NCBI GenBank assembly: GCA_964016885.1 | Contig: OZ024741.1 | Location: 166,284,001 to 166,348,000 of the forward strand | DNA length: 64,000 bases | Direction: 5' to 3' | Origin: Eledone cirrhosa | Taxonomy: Eukaryota | Shown: piece by piece, positions 24,656 to 39,949 of the stretch | Layout: each line of letters begins with the position of its first letter | Position numbering within the stretch: position 1 is the stretch's first letter | Program-made: the position numbers and the translations under genes | Notes under the pieces: model-generated | The model's input: only the letters and a program-made list of their open reading frames with translations | What the model was told of the DNA's origin: nothing | The model's database searches: none

Positions 24656-24925
24656 ATATATAAACAACTATCTGGTTGTGGAACCAACCAACCAACCAGA
24701 AATTTATAAGTTTGTAAATTTGTAAATTTATAAATTTATAAATATATAATAAATTGAAGTGAAAGGAACTGGTGCGTGTGTTTCTTATTGGCAACATGAC
24801 CCTCCCAAAGTATAACAATATCGGTTTCAACACACGATTTCAGATAAAGAATCTTGCTAAACAAATTCAGAAACGAAATATATATATACATATATACATA
24901 TATATATATATACATACATATATAT

Positions 24926-24973
<48 letters not shown>

Positions 24974-25080
24974 TATTTTCCGTAGTGTTGTAATATAAAT
25001 ATTACACACAGTAGATGGACAGCTCACGTAGAGTTTGCTCGATGGTTCCAGTTGTAGTTCCAAAAAGAATCCGGAGAAAA

Positions 25081-25469
<389 letters not shown>

Positions 25470-26222
25470 TAAAGTTAGTCCTTCATCAGTGATCTTCCAA
25501 CCATCATTGGTATTTCATCGCTTTAAAGACCATATACCTCCGGTTGGTGCGAGCAACGGCTAAAAAAAGTCGTTGGGACACGTAAATAAAGGGGACACGA
25601 GTGTAAACAAACAAAAATGGTGAAGCAACGAAAAATGAGGAAGAAGGAGTCAAGTCCCAAATTTGTATGAATTTAAATTCGGTGAAATCGTTAACGAGAG
25701 AGAATAAAGACCATCAAACTAGGTTGAAATGTGAGCAAGGAAGGAATTTCGCACAGGTTTAACGTGAGGAAGAAGGGGTCTAGTCTGTGAATTCGGTAAA
25801 CATGAGTTCTGTGAAATCGTAGACGAGAGAGAGAAAAAAAGCGACCTGCCAGACCAAGGGTGCGAAAAAAAAGAATTATGCACAGGTCAAACGAGAAGAA
25901 GGAGGAGGAGGAGAGGTAGTAACGGAGAATGAGTGAGTGAAGGGTGGGGAAGAGGCTAACAGAGAGAGTGACTGCTAGAGAGGGTAAAGATACAGAGAAA
26001 GAGGAAGCAGTAAGAACGAAATAGACGGAGAATGAATAATAACAGGTAGACATCATAAAAAGGTAATTTATTCTGTGTGCTTACAAATGTTGCCACGGTG
26101 GTTATACAGCCTAGTTATGCTATGTGCAAATTTATAACTATTTGCAAAACTCAATTAGTAGCCCCTCACCGTACGTCAACTCTATACAGTGTAGTAATTA
26201 AACATTACTGCATCCAGGATAA

Positions 26223-26230
26223 TCCTATAC

Positions 26231-26319
<89 letters not shown>

Positions 26320-29300
26320 GAAGATGTGTGTCTGTCTGTCTGTGTAACCGCATGCATTTCTACATTTTACAACCGATTTGCACTAAATTTCATACATAGG
26401 TTTCTGAAGTCCTATTACGTGTCGTAGGCTATTTTTCCGTACATCGATTGTGGGCCCACCCAGGGGCAGATAACCTCTCGCTTGGAGTCAGCAGTACTAC
26501 TGCATAAAGAGCCCCATAATTCCTGAAGTTTGCCTCCCATCTTCACCAAAATTAATCTTTTGTTTAGTTATGGCCTACAAATAAATTTGCGTGCATGCAC
26601 TTGCGCAGAAATTCAAGTAGGGGACCCCTTGGGGGGTAGTAAAACGACTTTATGAATGTTGAAGTTGATATCATCAATGTAACAAAACGTCATGCTTGAG
26701 TTGGTGTTTGGTTTTCACGAAGTGAGACGTATTGGTTGCCCATGGCTTATAAAGGAAGGTGAACACATGAACTTTTACTTGAACTTATCAAGGGGACCCC
26801 TGGGGGAGGTCGGGGGGAGGAGGAAGTAAACCCCCTTCGACTTATCTATTGAAGTTCACATTAACACTGTATTAGTACCTGAAAACTTTTGAAGTTTACG
26901 TTCGATTTTAACTTTACCGGACACATTGGTTACCCATTGCCTAAATATGATGTTGAAGACACTGTCTATACCCGGAACCAGCAAGAGGACCCCAGGGGGC
27001 AGTAATCCCCAATGAGTTATTTATTGAATTTGGCTATTGTAATGCAGCAAAGCGTCATAGCCTCGATAATTGGTAGTCCAATAAAACGAATTTCGACTTA
27101 GTTGTTATTCATGTACTACAGATGAAGATACGGTGAGGCACATTTACTTTCATTTCAATTCAGCGAGAGGGCCCCCTCTGGGACATTGAGCCCAATTCAT
27201 TAACCTATAAAAGTTCAAACTGCCACAATAAAAAAGCACCATAACCTTGGGTGTTTATACTTGATTCTTACAAAAACTAAACGAAATGGTTATTGCCTGC
27301 CATAAGATAAAGCACCACACATTCGTTATCACTTGAATTTTGCAAGGGAGCCCCCTAGGGAGGGCAGTTAGCCCCTTTGGACCACTTAGTTATATTATGG
27401 TTGCAGCAAAGCATTTCAACTTCTGGAAATAAAAGTCAATTTAAACAAAAGTTGACGCATCGGTTACTCATGTCCTACAAATGGAGTAGCGAATTTTTAA
27501 ATCCCCCTGACTTAACTTTAGTTTGTTTAGTTAACTTTAGGATGATTGAATTTAATTTTGCACCCGGTTGTCTCCCCCGTGTAATTGCTCCACAATTAAG
27601 TGCAGAATGGGGAGTTAAATTTTTTTCCTTGAACTTTGGCGTCATTTCACACACCTAACCAAGAAAGCGCGATTTAACCCAGGTGTAAATTTTAACGCCT
27701 ACTGTATGTGGATTGTTCTATTTCACACTTATGCCTAAACTGTGCGAATGATTGATTAGTTTTTGCACCCGGTTGTCTCCTCCGTTTAATTGCACCTCAA
27801 TTAAGTGCTAAATGGTGACCTCTGGCCAACCACACATCAGTGAGTTGTGTTCAGTAGATTTCATCACACTTATTTGTATTATCTAACCAATCAGACAACT
27901 CGAGTGTTTTTCATTGAGCGAAATCACTCCTATTTATATCGGTCAAGTCTGACCTAGGATCACACTTCTTTTTTCGCTTTTGACAAGTGGTAGGTTTTTT
28001 TTACATGCGTACTCTCATAAGTACCCCGTGTTTCTGAAACGCATGCTTCTTCAACATTTGTCACTTTAAAGGAGGTTTAGTTAATGTGTTTATGGTCATA
28101 AGGTTCCAGTTTATCATGCTGTGATTTTTCGGCCGTTTTTGCCTGTATCCTTTCAATGGTCAGTACTTACTTATTGCTATGTTCGAACTGAACAAACATA
28201 CTGACACTTATATACCTACCACTGTAGCCACACTATTTAATTTCCTTTATCACAGGTAGACCGTACGCTGCGTTGCCCCTAACTTAAAACCTGAAATTTG
28301 ACTGGTACACAAAATCTTGCAAAACATACCCCCTTTCTCAGACCACATAGATTTATCACATTTTTTCACAATTTATATCCATGTTTAGATTTGCTTACTT
28401 AGACGTTATTTGTCCACTATTTATCGTTCTTCCTGGTTAATTTTCTAAAAACAATGCCCCCAAGCAAAGAACTTTCATTGGTCGATTATCTAATGATGCA
28501 AGTAGGTCTAAGCGAAGGCGTCTCACCTAAGATGTAAATGCGACTGCGATCAGGCTCTCACAGAATGCTGTGCAGACGGCAGCTGCAAGAGTGGAAGAGG
28601 ATGACAGTCGGCGTGAACTTCGACGGAACAAATATGTTGCCGCGACTGCTGCTGCTCGCGCTCGAGAGGATGAAGGACGATGCGCCGTTCGACGAAGCAG
28701 GCATGCCACTGCTCGCGCTCGAGAGGATGAAGGACGATGCGCCGTTCGACGATGCAGGGACGCCAGTGCAACAGCCGCTGCTCGCGCTCGAGAGGATGAA
28801 GGATGATGCGCCGTTCGACGAAGCAGGGACGCCGCTGCCACTGCTGCTGCACGAAATACTGAAACCATAGAGCAACGACGTGGCCGACTTCTGCAAAGTG
28901 AACAGCGGCGATCATCGTTACGTGGCATTTCTAGGACTTCAATTCACGATGGTTGTTGAAGGCCTTAACTACAACCCCTCCTCCGACTACGCTGTGCTTG
29001 CCTGGTTTCTGCACGTCTACAAGTCCCTTGACTCTATGGCTGATCCGGACGAAGTTGTTAATTACCCCACAGAATTTCTTAACTCCTTAGACCCTCCCGG
29101 ATTGCCACCACACTTACTGAGACTTAAGAAAGGTGCCCCTGTCATGCTCCTCAGGAATTTGGAACCCCGAAGGCTTTCCAACGGCACGCGTCTGGTCGTC
29201 CAAAAGGCGATGCCTCATGTTATTGAGGCAACAATACTTACAGGATGTGGTAAGGGGGATACTGTCTTCATACCAATGATACCTCACATTCCATCCGGTA

Positions 29301-30334
29301 AAGACATTCCTTTCACATTCAGAAGGCTGCAATTCCCTCTCCGGCTCATTTTCGCCATGTCGATTAACAAATCACAGGGTCAGACGCTGACGGTCGTAGG
29401 GCTTAATTTAGAAGAACCGTGCTTCTCCCATGGTCAACTATATGTTGGCTGCTCTCGAGTGGGGAGCCGACATAACCTATTTGCTTTTGCAACTCGCGAG
29501 AAAACCCAAAATATAGTCTACTAGCAGTGGTACCGGGCGTTGCACGGGATAGGGTATTTTGGAAGGCTGACCGCCAACAGACCTAATCGTGGAAAAACTG
29601 CATGCCTGGACAATATGTAAAGAAAATAAACCGAATACTCTGATGGCTGGATAATCGTTAAGATTTTCCTCAGTGAAGCAGGAAAAATGCAGGTTTTCAC
29701 CTAATGCGGGCCCTAGGGGATCAATAAATGAATTTTTTTATGTGCATAATATGCCTTGAAATTTCGGGAAAATCGGCTAGACGTAACGCCTCCAAAAAGC
29801 CCTAAAAATCTGAAAAAATGAGGTTTTTCACCTAATGTGGGCCCTAGGCCATAAAAAAGTTGGATTTTCTTTGCTCACGGTATGAAGAAGAGACTGACTA
29901 ATACATATTTACAATTTCAAAGAAATCGGTCTGACGTAACGCCTAAAAAAAAAACTAAAAAGCTTTAAAAACGCAGTTTTTCACCTAATACTGAGACTTT
30001 TAAGAGTGAACGATCCAAGGCCGTCTTCAGGGCCACCAAGTTTAAATTGTTACCATCGGATTCGTCTTTGCTGGCAGCACCGCCGCTGAGACTTTTAAGA
30101 TTGAACGATCCAAGGCTCTCTTTAGGGCTACCAACTTTAAATTGTTACTATCGGATTCGTCTTTGCTGGCAGCACCGCCGCAGAGATGTTTCAAAGTGAA
30201 CGTTCAAAGGCCCTCATTAGGGCCAACACCCATAAATTGTTACTTCTATAATCGTGTTTAGCGGAAGTCTTTCAGTTCATTTGAACGACTACTCCATTGA
30301 GAGTTATACCGGGCAACGCCGGGTACCTCTGCTA
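26223..30334 (+). mobile_element. Internally deleted Helitron
   Basis: A|TCCTATA..(TA)n AAAA..GTGTGTCTGTC 5' end; 3' hairpin CCGGGCAACGCCGGG then CTAG|T; Pif1-like helicase fragment; several internal tandem repeats. Confidence 0.85.
29015..29524 (+). pseudogene. Helitron RepHel C-terminal Pif1-family (SF1B) helicase fragment
   Basis: [67 protein letters not shown]. Confidence 0.93.
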
Positions 30335-30978
30335 GTTTGTAATATATTCCAGTTTATGTGGGGGATCTTGATCGAGCATATATGTTGTTATGTAAGATTA
30401 TTGTATCATTTCTGAAGCAGCTTAAGTAGAATGATCGCTTTTTGGATTTCGTCTTCGCTGATGTTGATTTTCTTATGAATTAATAATTAGTCGAGCGTCG
30501 GATAGAATGCCATTGCGGTTCAAGCCTCACCGAGGTGAACTTTGTCTTTCATCCTTTCTAGGTCGATAAAATAAAGTATCAGTGGAGAACTTGGGTTGAT
30601 TTAATCAGCTTTACTCATACCCCAAATTTGCTGGCCTTGTGTTTAAAGATTTGAAATAAATTCATAGACACATTCTTCATTTTTGTTTGTCAGGGATGGA
30701 AGGCCAATCCAGTATCATACTGGTCACCCCAAGGTCCTTGGCCACTATCGTGATATGTCCAGTATCGAAAGTCATAATTCACAGTAATAATATCATTACC
30801 AATATCCCATGTCCCTTACCACTGTCATAATATCATGTCCCGTATCGAAAGTGGCTGGTCACCCCAGCAATATCACTATCAATATCTAAGGTCACTGACC
30901 TTTATTGTAATATCACCACCAATATCCAAAGACATAGGTTTCATCAGTGACATCATTACCAATATCGAAATTCTAGCC

Positions 30979-31269
30979 CAGTCATGGGCAACATCCGGCC
31001 AGCGAATGTTTCTGAATGGATCGCCTAAGTCACCTAAGTGAAATATTTCTGAGTTTTTTACCCCAACATTTCAGTTATAATTTATCTTTCTATCATTTTT
31101 ACGATCGAGGAAAACAACGTGTACGAATTCTGAAGAAACAAATTAAAACAACCTGAGTTACTGCCCTTTTGTTTAATGTGGGCACGAATGTAAATTAGTG
31201 CTTGCGGCCCAGCTGATGGTGAGCCATATCTCATGCGGCCCGCTTCTCGAAAAAGGTTGCCCATGTCTG
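30979..31269. mobile_element. hAT (Charlie/Buster-type) MITE
   Basis: TIRs CAGTCATGGGCAAC / GTTGCCCATGTCTG; 8-bp flanks TTCTAGCC / GTCTAGAC; inserted in a degenerate tandem repeat (30700-31420). Confidence 0.8.
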
Positions 31270-32639
31270 GTCTAGACCTAGTGAATAATATTACTAATAT
31301 CCAATGTTTTGGTTCTCTCCAATAATATCATACCAATATCCATTGTCCTGGGCCTCGTCAATAATATCACTATTAAATTACATCGTACTGGGCCTCGCCA
31401 GTAATATAACTACCAGATAGTAGCGAACCATTTAATGCTGTCTTGTGTGATACACAAGAGATATCAGTCATGTGAAGATGTAATTATGACAGTTTACATG
31501 CAAAACACAAGAGAGTGTATTCATCTATATCAACACACACATATAAATATATATGTATACATGTATACACATACAGATATACACGCAAACACACACAAAC
31601 ATACACACACAGGATTATCTTATATCTTATGTAAACAATATCACTATACACAAATAAAGAAACACACACAGACACCCCCTCTCTCTCTCTTCTTACACAT
31701 AATCTATTTCTCTCTCTTACGCACACCATATATATATATGTATGTATGTATGTATGTTTGTATGTATGTATGTATGTATGTATCTTACACTCCTCTCTCT
31801 TACCTCCTTTTTCTGTTTTACACACTCCCTTTATCTCACCCCCACCCCTCTCTTTCCCCCTATACACCCTCTATCTCTCTCACATAATCTCCACCCACCC
31901 ATTGTCTGTAGCTCCTACATTCAACTTGCAGCTGATTGCAGACTCACATGAACCATCATTACCACCAGCCCACCTCCACCATCAACTCCATGTCCAATCC
32001 CAGAAACAACAGCAACAGCAGCAACAACAGCAGTAGTAGTGTGACACCCTATTTCAACGCTGTGCTAAAAATAGAAGCTACATGTACAGAAGTAATAAAC
32101 CAAAATAGTTAATGTATAAATAAAAGATTTAAATAATTGTTTCTACTTTTGGCACAAGGCCAGCAATTATCCCAGTGTACTACTGGTACTTTATTTTATC
32201 GACCCCGTAAGGATGAAAGGTAAAGCTAACCCCTGCGGGTTTTGAACTCAAACCATAAAGGGCCGTAACTCTTTGCTGCAAAGCATGGCGTCCGACCCTC
32301 TACCGATACTGCCAATCCAACTTTAAATAATGAATCCTTGATTAATAAATATATCAGAGAAGAAAGATCATATATACAGCCATAATAACACTTCATGTGT
32401 ATTTGTATATATAAACATTCGTAATCTTGAGGTTGTCAGTTCGATTCCGGGACCGGGCGATGCCTTATGTCCTTGAGCAAGACACTTTATTTCACGTTGC
32501 TCTTTCTATCTGGAGTTACGACTTATAGATAGTATTAGCAATTGGAAAGACCAATGGAAACATCTTGGAAACATCCTTGGTCCGATTAGACGAAAGTTGA
32601 TCGACTTTCGATATATATATGTGTGTTTGTATGTATTTG

Positions 32640-32676
<37 letters not shown>

Positions 32677-32967
32677 ATATATATTTTCTCGTTTGATATC
32701 GGTCTGTCGTTCTTTCTTTCTTTGTGCTTGTCTTGTTGTTGTTTTTCTTCGTCCATCGTCCGTTGTGTTTCTTCCCGGATAGCTATCCATTTTATCTATT
32801 AATGCACTGTGGTGAATAGTCCAGTCCTGTCTTTAATACATTCGAAACTATAGTGATCCACAGAAGACAGCCTATGAGCGGGAATTGTCCTTGTGTTTGA
32901 GTCTTCCACGTTTTCACTCACATGTTTTTTTTTTAAATAATATTTCCTTGTAAAAACACAGCCCCGT

Positions 32968-33027
<60 letters not shown>

Positions 33028-33246
33028 GAATAATCGAGTATCGAAAAATCGGCGCACGAGTTCACGATAAACAAAATTCGATATGAGTGGCAGAGGGCTC
33101 AATAATTCAGATAAATCAGAGCTATAACTATCGTTAAAATACCAACACACATAGATTATGTCTAAAATCAACCATACGACCGAAAAATTACGATCTGGAA
33201 GATTCGGGTCACTCAGATAAAATATCAATAAATCAATAAATCATAA

Positions 33247-33325
<79 letters not shown>

Positions 33326-33326
33326 A

Positions 33327-33520
33327 AATTTAATATAGAAATGGCTTCTTCAGCACTAGGACTGTTTCATTCGAAGAAAATCATCAGGACTTTCCTGATG
33401 ATTTTTTTCGAATGAAACAGTTCTAATCCCGTAGAAGCCATTTCTATATTAAATTTGTTGTATACACTCTACTAATGTATTGAGTACCTTACTTAGTGTG
33501 GCTACCTCGATTGAAACCCC
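33327..33520. ncRNA. Two divergently oriented HHR motifs forming a palindrome
   Basis: ...TCATCAGGACTTTCCTGATGA...GAAACAG; same family as 7657 and 46378. Confidence 0.7.
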
Positions 33521-34788
33521 CCCCCCCCCCATCCCCATATATATCTATGTAGGTGTAGCTGTCTGTAAGGCTCTAAAATTTACACACTGAAACATACACA
33601 CGTTTACACAATTGTAAGAGGAAATCCTCTTACAATTATGTTGCTACAATCCTCAATAATACAAAGTGTGTGTTTATATATTTATATATCTCTGTCTGTA
33701 ACTCTTTAAAATTTACACACACATACACACAATATATTTCCTATCTCAGTCGTGTTGCAATAATAAGTGCGCTTTCAAATTTAAAGGTTTATTGTGCTAA
33801 CCCTACATTTGTCCCTGTAAATAGTTATTTCTCCAAAGTTACTCCTGTATGTCATTTGTACTTATATGCTGAACAGTTATTACATCATTGAAACAAATTA
33901 TTTAAATAACTTTCTTATCTTTAATTACTTTCACGCTTCAGTAATCACATAACCTATAGGGTTTCTTTTATGCAAAACATTAATTTATTAAAATGAAACT
34001 TTTCTTGTTTGTATCTTTATTCATATATATCCAATACTTTTGGTATATATGGCATTTCAATCCCGGGCTCCAAAAATTAAATACGATTAACGCTATTGCT
34101 GTCATTATTGACGACACGGTTGCACTGTATATTTCTGGATTGGTTGATAGTTATGAAATTCAATTTCGTTTCCAAGAAGTTTGACATTAAATGTGAAATA
34201 TTATTAGTTTAAGAAGTATTTATATTGTCGTCATCACCATTATCATTATTTCTGACTAACGTGCTGCCAGGAGCTGGAAAGAACTTGTTATGGTAATATT
34301 TTACGACAGAATGACCTTTCTGACCCCAGCCATTTCAATTACCTCTTACAACATGTAGGAATATGATGGAAGCTATTATTAAAAGCAGGAACCATGCGGA
34401 TGTCTATTTTTACATTTAAAATATGTGTAACTAACTTACGTAATCTGCCTGATCGAAATCCCTAGATAAGAAATTATTAAAGTGAGACTCTCAGACTGTC
34501 TACAAATAGCTGGAAGACGGTTTTAAACAATCTGCCAGATGACAATACCAGCAGCAGAGTTGTTTGTATGTCCCATTACTTGCAACAGATGTGCTTGTGT
34601 TATCATATAGTATAGATAAGAGAATCACAAGAAATGTTTATCGATCGGAAGAAAGCAGAAACGCAGAAACTGCCAAAAAGATAGCAGAGACTATTTTAGT
34701 GTTTACAGGTTTCTGAGATACAGAGATGGCTGATATAAAGGTGTACACATACAAACACCCCCTCCTATTTTCTCTCTCTCTCATTCCC

Positions 34789-34866
<78 letters not shown>

Positions 34867-34869
34867 CCC

Positions 34870-34940
<71 letters not shown>

Positions 34941-36567
34941 ACATAGTCTGCTCGTGAAAGTATCAATCACCTGTACCCTTAACAAAATTCTCAGGAAGAT
35001 TCAATGTGATACAATGTCACGAGAGCAGCTTTTTCAATTGCAAGTACAGTCCATTTAATGGGATTTGAAACAGTTTCCATCTACTGAATTTAATTCAAAA
35101 GACTTGGCTCAAACCCTGGCTATGATAAATGACACTTGCCCTAGATGCCACGTCAGAGGATCGAAGCCGAGGTCTTATGATTGCGAAACAAACTTCTTAA
35201 TCATTCCGCCATTTTATGCCTACATGCTGCAAGTATATTTATATATTTACATGTGCTGAGACTATAATCAGGGTCGGGTTTAGACATTGGAGGACCTGGA
35301 GCACTTCAGTTTCGATGGAATCTTCATACAACTCATACAATAACTAAATGCGTTTTAAGGCCACTTTCCCTGATAAATGCTAGTTTTGCGGACCCATGAC
35401 AAGTATGAGATTTGTAGAAATTTGTTTTTTTTTCTAGAAATATCTACAAATTTGATACTTGATGACCCAACACATGTTGTCTCATCGACTGCATCCCTCT
35501 CACCAAACCACTGGTCTTCACTTTCCCCCCATCATCCCCAGTCATGTATTTTTTAGTCAGTCTTCCTCTTTCTCTATGTCCCTCCACATTTATTTCCATT
35601 ACTCCCCACACTCATTCACTTTCATCTTTCCTCAACAGAAAACCCAAGCATCTCATTCACAGCACTCAACACGGGCTTTATTTCTATCACCCTCTGCAAT
35701 TCACTATTTGTCTTCCTCTCTTCCAGTGATACCCTACTCATCTACCAAACCATTCTTCTCTGCTACTCCACTTTCATCACCTATTACTGCTTCCATAAAC
35801 CATAGAACTTTGCATACATGAAACACACACATTTCTCTTTAGTTTCGATGTTTGGGTATGGGACCTTCATAAATAGCAAATGACAAAAGTTGCATGTCAA
35901 TATCTATTTAGTTCACATAATTGAAATTGACAAGTTATACAAATAAAAATCAAAGTAAAATAAAACTAACTTTCTCGTAATTAATCTGGCGTGTAGAACA
36001 GAAAATAACAAAGATTCTTTCATAAAATTATGATGGAAGATTTTTAGATAAATTTAAACACTTTAGAACAAGTAATTTTGTATTATTGAATCAGTGTCAG
36101 GTGCTTTGGTTTCAAAAGAAGTAATAACGTTTCAAATTATATTTTACTGCCAAAGTTCATCAGCCACCACCACACTATAGTAACACTCAATGCATATATA
36201 AGTGTATAGTTGGTACAGCAATTACTAAGATCCGATCTAGCGATAAGATCGAACCCGGGACCAAATGATTGCAAAGCAAACTTCTTCACTATTTAGCCAT
36301 GCTGCCTCCATAAGTTTGTTCTAGTTAACACAGACACAATTTCAATACATTCACTTCCCACTAAATTCTCTCCCTTTTCATCAACACCCCATCCCCCTCA
36401 CCCACTCCCCATCTCACTTTATCTCTCTTCATTAATGCGCCTTCCCCTCTACCCTCTCTCACTCACCCACTCTTCAATACTACCTCCCTCTCTCTTCATT
36501 AATAATTCTCCCCCCACCTCTCTTTTCCGCTTAGTCCCGCCAATCTTCCCTCTCTTTCTCTCTCTCC

Positions 36568-36641
<74 letters not shown>

Positions 36642-36696
36642 TATTGAGTACTCTGGTGCGTTATGGTCCATCTGGTACATTACCACAACTCCCTCG

Positions 36697-36723
<27 letters not shown>

Positions 36724-36729
<6 letters not shown>

Positions 36730-36829
36730 GCCGCATAAGCCGATTATGCATTGTTGCATAATATATGCAGACAGAGGGTGCAGTGCACCCTACTGCCGTA
36801 TTAAGTGTGGCCGAAACTCGAGTTCGGGA
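36724..36829 (+). ncRNA. 5'-truncated HHR with branched stem II
   Basis: (TA)n-ATGAA-GCCGCA..two internal hairpins..TGTGGC-C-GAAAC-TCGA-GTT. Confidence 0.55.
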
Positions 36830-37057
36830 ACTACTATAGGCACCCGTTTACGTATGTTGTAATGAAGCGAATAACTATGTGTATACTCTGGGAATGTATC
36901 TTACATTGCCTATTGAGTACGCTGAGATACAACCGGTCCTGGCATTGATAAATATGCTGGGTCCGTCAACTCCTTATTATATATCTATTATTGAAATATG
37001 GTTTTAGGGATGTGTGTGTATATAGTGTGTGTGAGGGTGTATATATAACAATACACA

Positions 37058-37106
<49 letters not shown>

Positions 37107-37333
37107 GTGTGTTTCAGCCTGTATGTCACCTGGTTTCTTACCACACTTTCTTTGTTATATATATATATATATATATATATATAACAAAGAAAGTGTGGTA
37201 AGAAAAGTGAGGTTTTTTTACAAAATGAAAAATAACCGAGGTGTCCTACACGAGTGAAAGTATAAAGAAAAAAAGATGAAATCGAAAATGCAACTGGAGT
37301 CTTATTTTTTTAAAAATATATATATTTATTTGG

Positions 37334-37377
37334 TTCCTTTACCGGTTTCGCAGTTCTTCTGCTTTTCAAAAGTAGAA
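37334..37377 (-). ncRNA. HHR variant with U3-A8 core
   Basis: CTT-TTGAAAA-GCAG.AAGAA.CTGC-GAAA-CCGG-TA|AAG. Confidence 0.65.
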
Positions 37378-37942
37378 TTGAGCTGGAGAGTCTGTGGTTT
37401 TTCTCACATCTGTATATATATATATATATATTATATATAGAGAGTTATAAACTCAAAATAGTCTTTTACAATTAAATAGCTCAAAGAAGGGAATATTTCC
37501 GAGCCGTGTAATACAAATGAATATATGAGAGGGATGAACTCTCTACGTAGAGCGAATTTCAGTCCCATAAAACCGGCTGCTATTTTTAGCTGCACGAGTA
37601 TAGGACGTGCTAGGCGCTGTGACACACGTGCGTTCAACAACATATTTCTCTCAGTCTTCTTAAGTATTTTGAAGTGAAACTTACCAATTTCTGAATACCT
37701 GCAGAAGAGCACAGGAATAGTAACTTTCACTTAATTGTTGCGAAACAAATTTAAAATTTAAATTTGTGCAGGTATCACGGCTGTTGCCAATGTAGGTTTG
37801 TTTTTATTGATTTATTATTTTAAATCGAGACAGGCGAACCGTATTATTTTAAATTAGTATTTTTCAATCTAGCTAAGTTGGTCATTTGCAATACGAACAC
37901 ATGTATACTTGTATCAGTGTTTATCCCTCTCATATATTCATT

Positions 37943-38390
<448 letters not shown>

Positions 38391-39021
38391 TATATATATA
38401 TATATTAATGAATATTAATGAATTATTAATAATATATTAATAATATATATATTAATGAATTCTCCCCCCCCCCCCATCTCTCTTAATCAATAATTCTTCC
38501 CTACCTCATTTTTCCGCTTAGTTCCCCTATTCTTGTCTCTCTTTCTCTCTTAATAAGAGAGAAAGAGAGACAAGAGTCTTATACTCCTACTCTTGTCTCC
38601 CATATTTTCACCGGCTTCTCTTTCCTTACTTCCCTCTTTCATTCAACTTCTTGTCTTTACCATTCACTATCCCAACATTCACATAGTTTGCCTTCTCTCT
38701 GTATTACTCATTTTCTCCTTGTCGTTCATTCTGTCCATCTTTCCGTCCTCCGGCCTCTCTGCAGCCATTTCTTTACAATTTTCTCTAACGCCAAAAATAT
38801 GTTTTTCATACTCGTACGTCGACATAGAATCATATGAATTATGTAATTGTAGATAAGATCCAATTATTAACAATGCTAGCAAGATATTTGAAGAAGAGGC
38901 CGATAGCAATAATATCATCAAAACAAGACAATTAGTAGTGCACTCAAGAATATCTTCAATTGAAATTCATTTGTGAGATAACTATTTCTCTGTTGTTGTT
39001 GAAACTAATAATTTTGCAAAA

Positions 39022-39370
39022 TGGACGTAGCATGGCTGAATGGTTAGAAAGTATGTTTCTCAATCATTAGGTCCCAAATTCGATCCCATTGTGTGGTATC
39101 TTGTCCAAGTGTCATCTACCATAGCTTGGAGTCGACCCAAGCCCCGTGATGGGAATTAAGTTAACTGAAACTGTTTGGAAGCCCATTAGGTAGACTGTAC
39201 TTGAAATTCAAAGGACCAACCTTATCACACACTGTGTCAAGCTTAATTTCCCTTAAAATTGCATTAAGAATTCACGTGTCTGTGGAATGCTCAGTCACTT
39301 GCATATTAGCTTCATGAGCAGATTTTTCCGTTGAACGAACAATTAATGCTCGAAACTGACAGAAGTCCAT
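39022..39370 (+). mobile_element. Diverged tRNA-derived SINE
   Basis: TGGCTGAATGG A-box, TTCGATCCC B-box, CTTGTCCAAGTGTC core. Confidence 0.65.
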
Positions 39371-39949
39371 TCCAATGTTACAATTTACTGCACAATGGCG
39401 TTTCTATATGAAGTTAACCCGCTAGAGTGGAGTTATTAAGCCACCATGTTAACTTCAGTCGACCAGAACTATAATCAAAGGCACTCTAGCTTTGATTATC
39501 CCGTCTTTTATTCAGACGCAAAGTATCTCGAACTATATTATTATTCAATGCCTCCTTGTATTAAAAGAATGAAGGGCAATCCCGCTGAGGTTAACTTTGT
39601 CTTTCATCCTTACGGGGTCGATAAAATAAAGTACCAGTAATGCACTGGGTAATTGCTGGTCTTGTGCCAAAAGTAGAAACGATTATTTGAGTAAGATGTA
39701 GTTGCTATTTTTAACAGATCTTCCAGGGGCTTTCTTGTTAACTTTCAATAATGTGTTATCCTTCGCAAATCGATTAATCTGATATATGTAAGCTCTCAGT
39801 AAGCAGTGACTCAGTGGACAGTTAAAGACAACATTCACACGCTAACAAAATACAACAGAGAATTGGAACTAATCCGACTGGTCTGTTCCTTTTCTGTTGG
39901 CAAAGTTATGGCATAATAAGACAAAATATCCACATCCATTTATTACATA

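Larger units (their letters stand above)
22270..24878 (+). mobile_element. Penelope-like element with ~890-bp inverted 3' duplication
   Basis: Forward copy from ~23161 (YSRYVDDI, stop at 23262); 22270-23161 mirrors ~23927-24820 almost perfectly; (TA)n on both sides. Confidence 0.95.

Noticed and set aside
28527-28928. Overlapping ORFs on both strands
   Set aside because: GC-rich in-frame tandem repeats within the Helitron.
32000-32036. Poly-Q ORF end
   Set aside because: Short (CAG/CAA)n microsatellite without gene context.
32805-32865. HHR-like stems with GAAAC-TATA-GTG
   Set aside because: CTGANGA core absent and G at the cleavage site; at most a relic.
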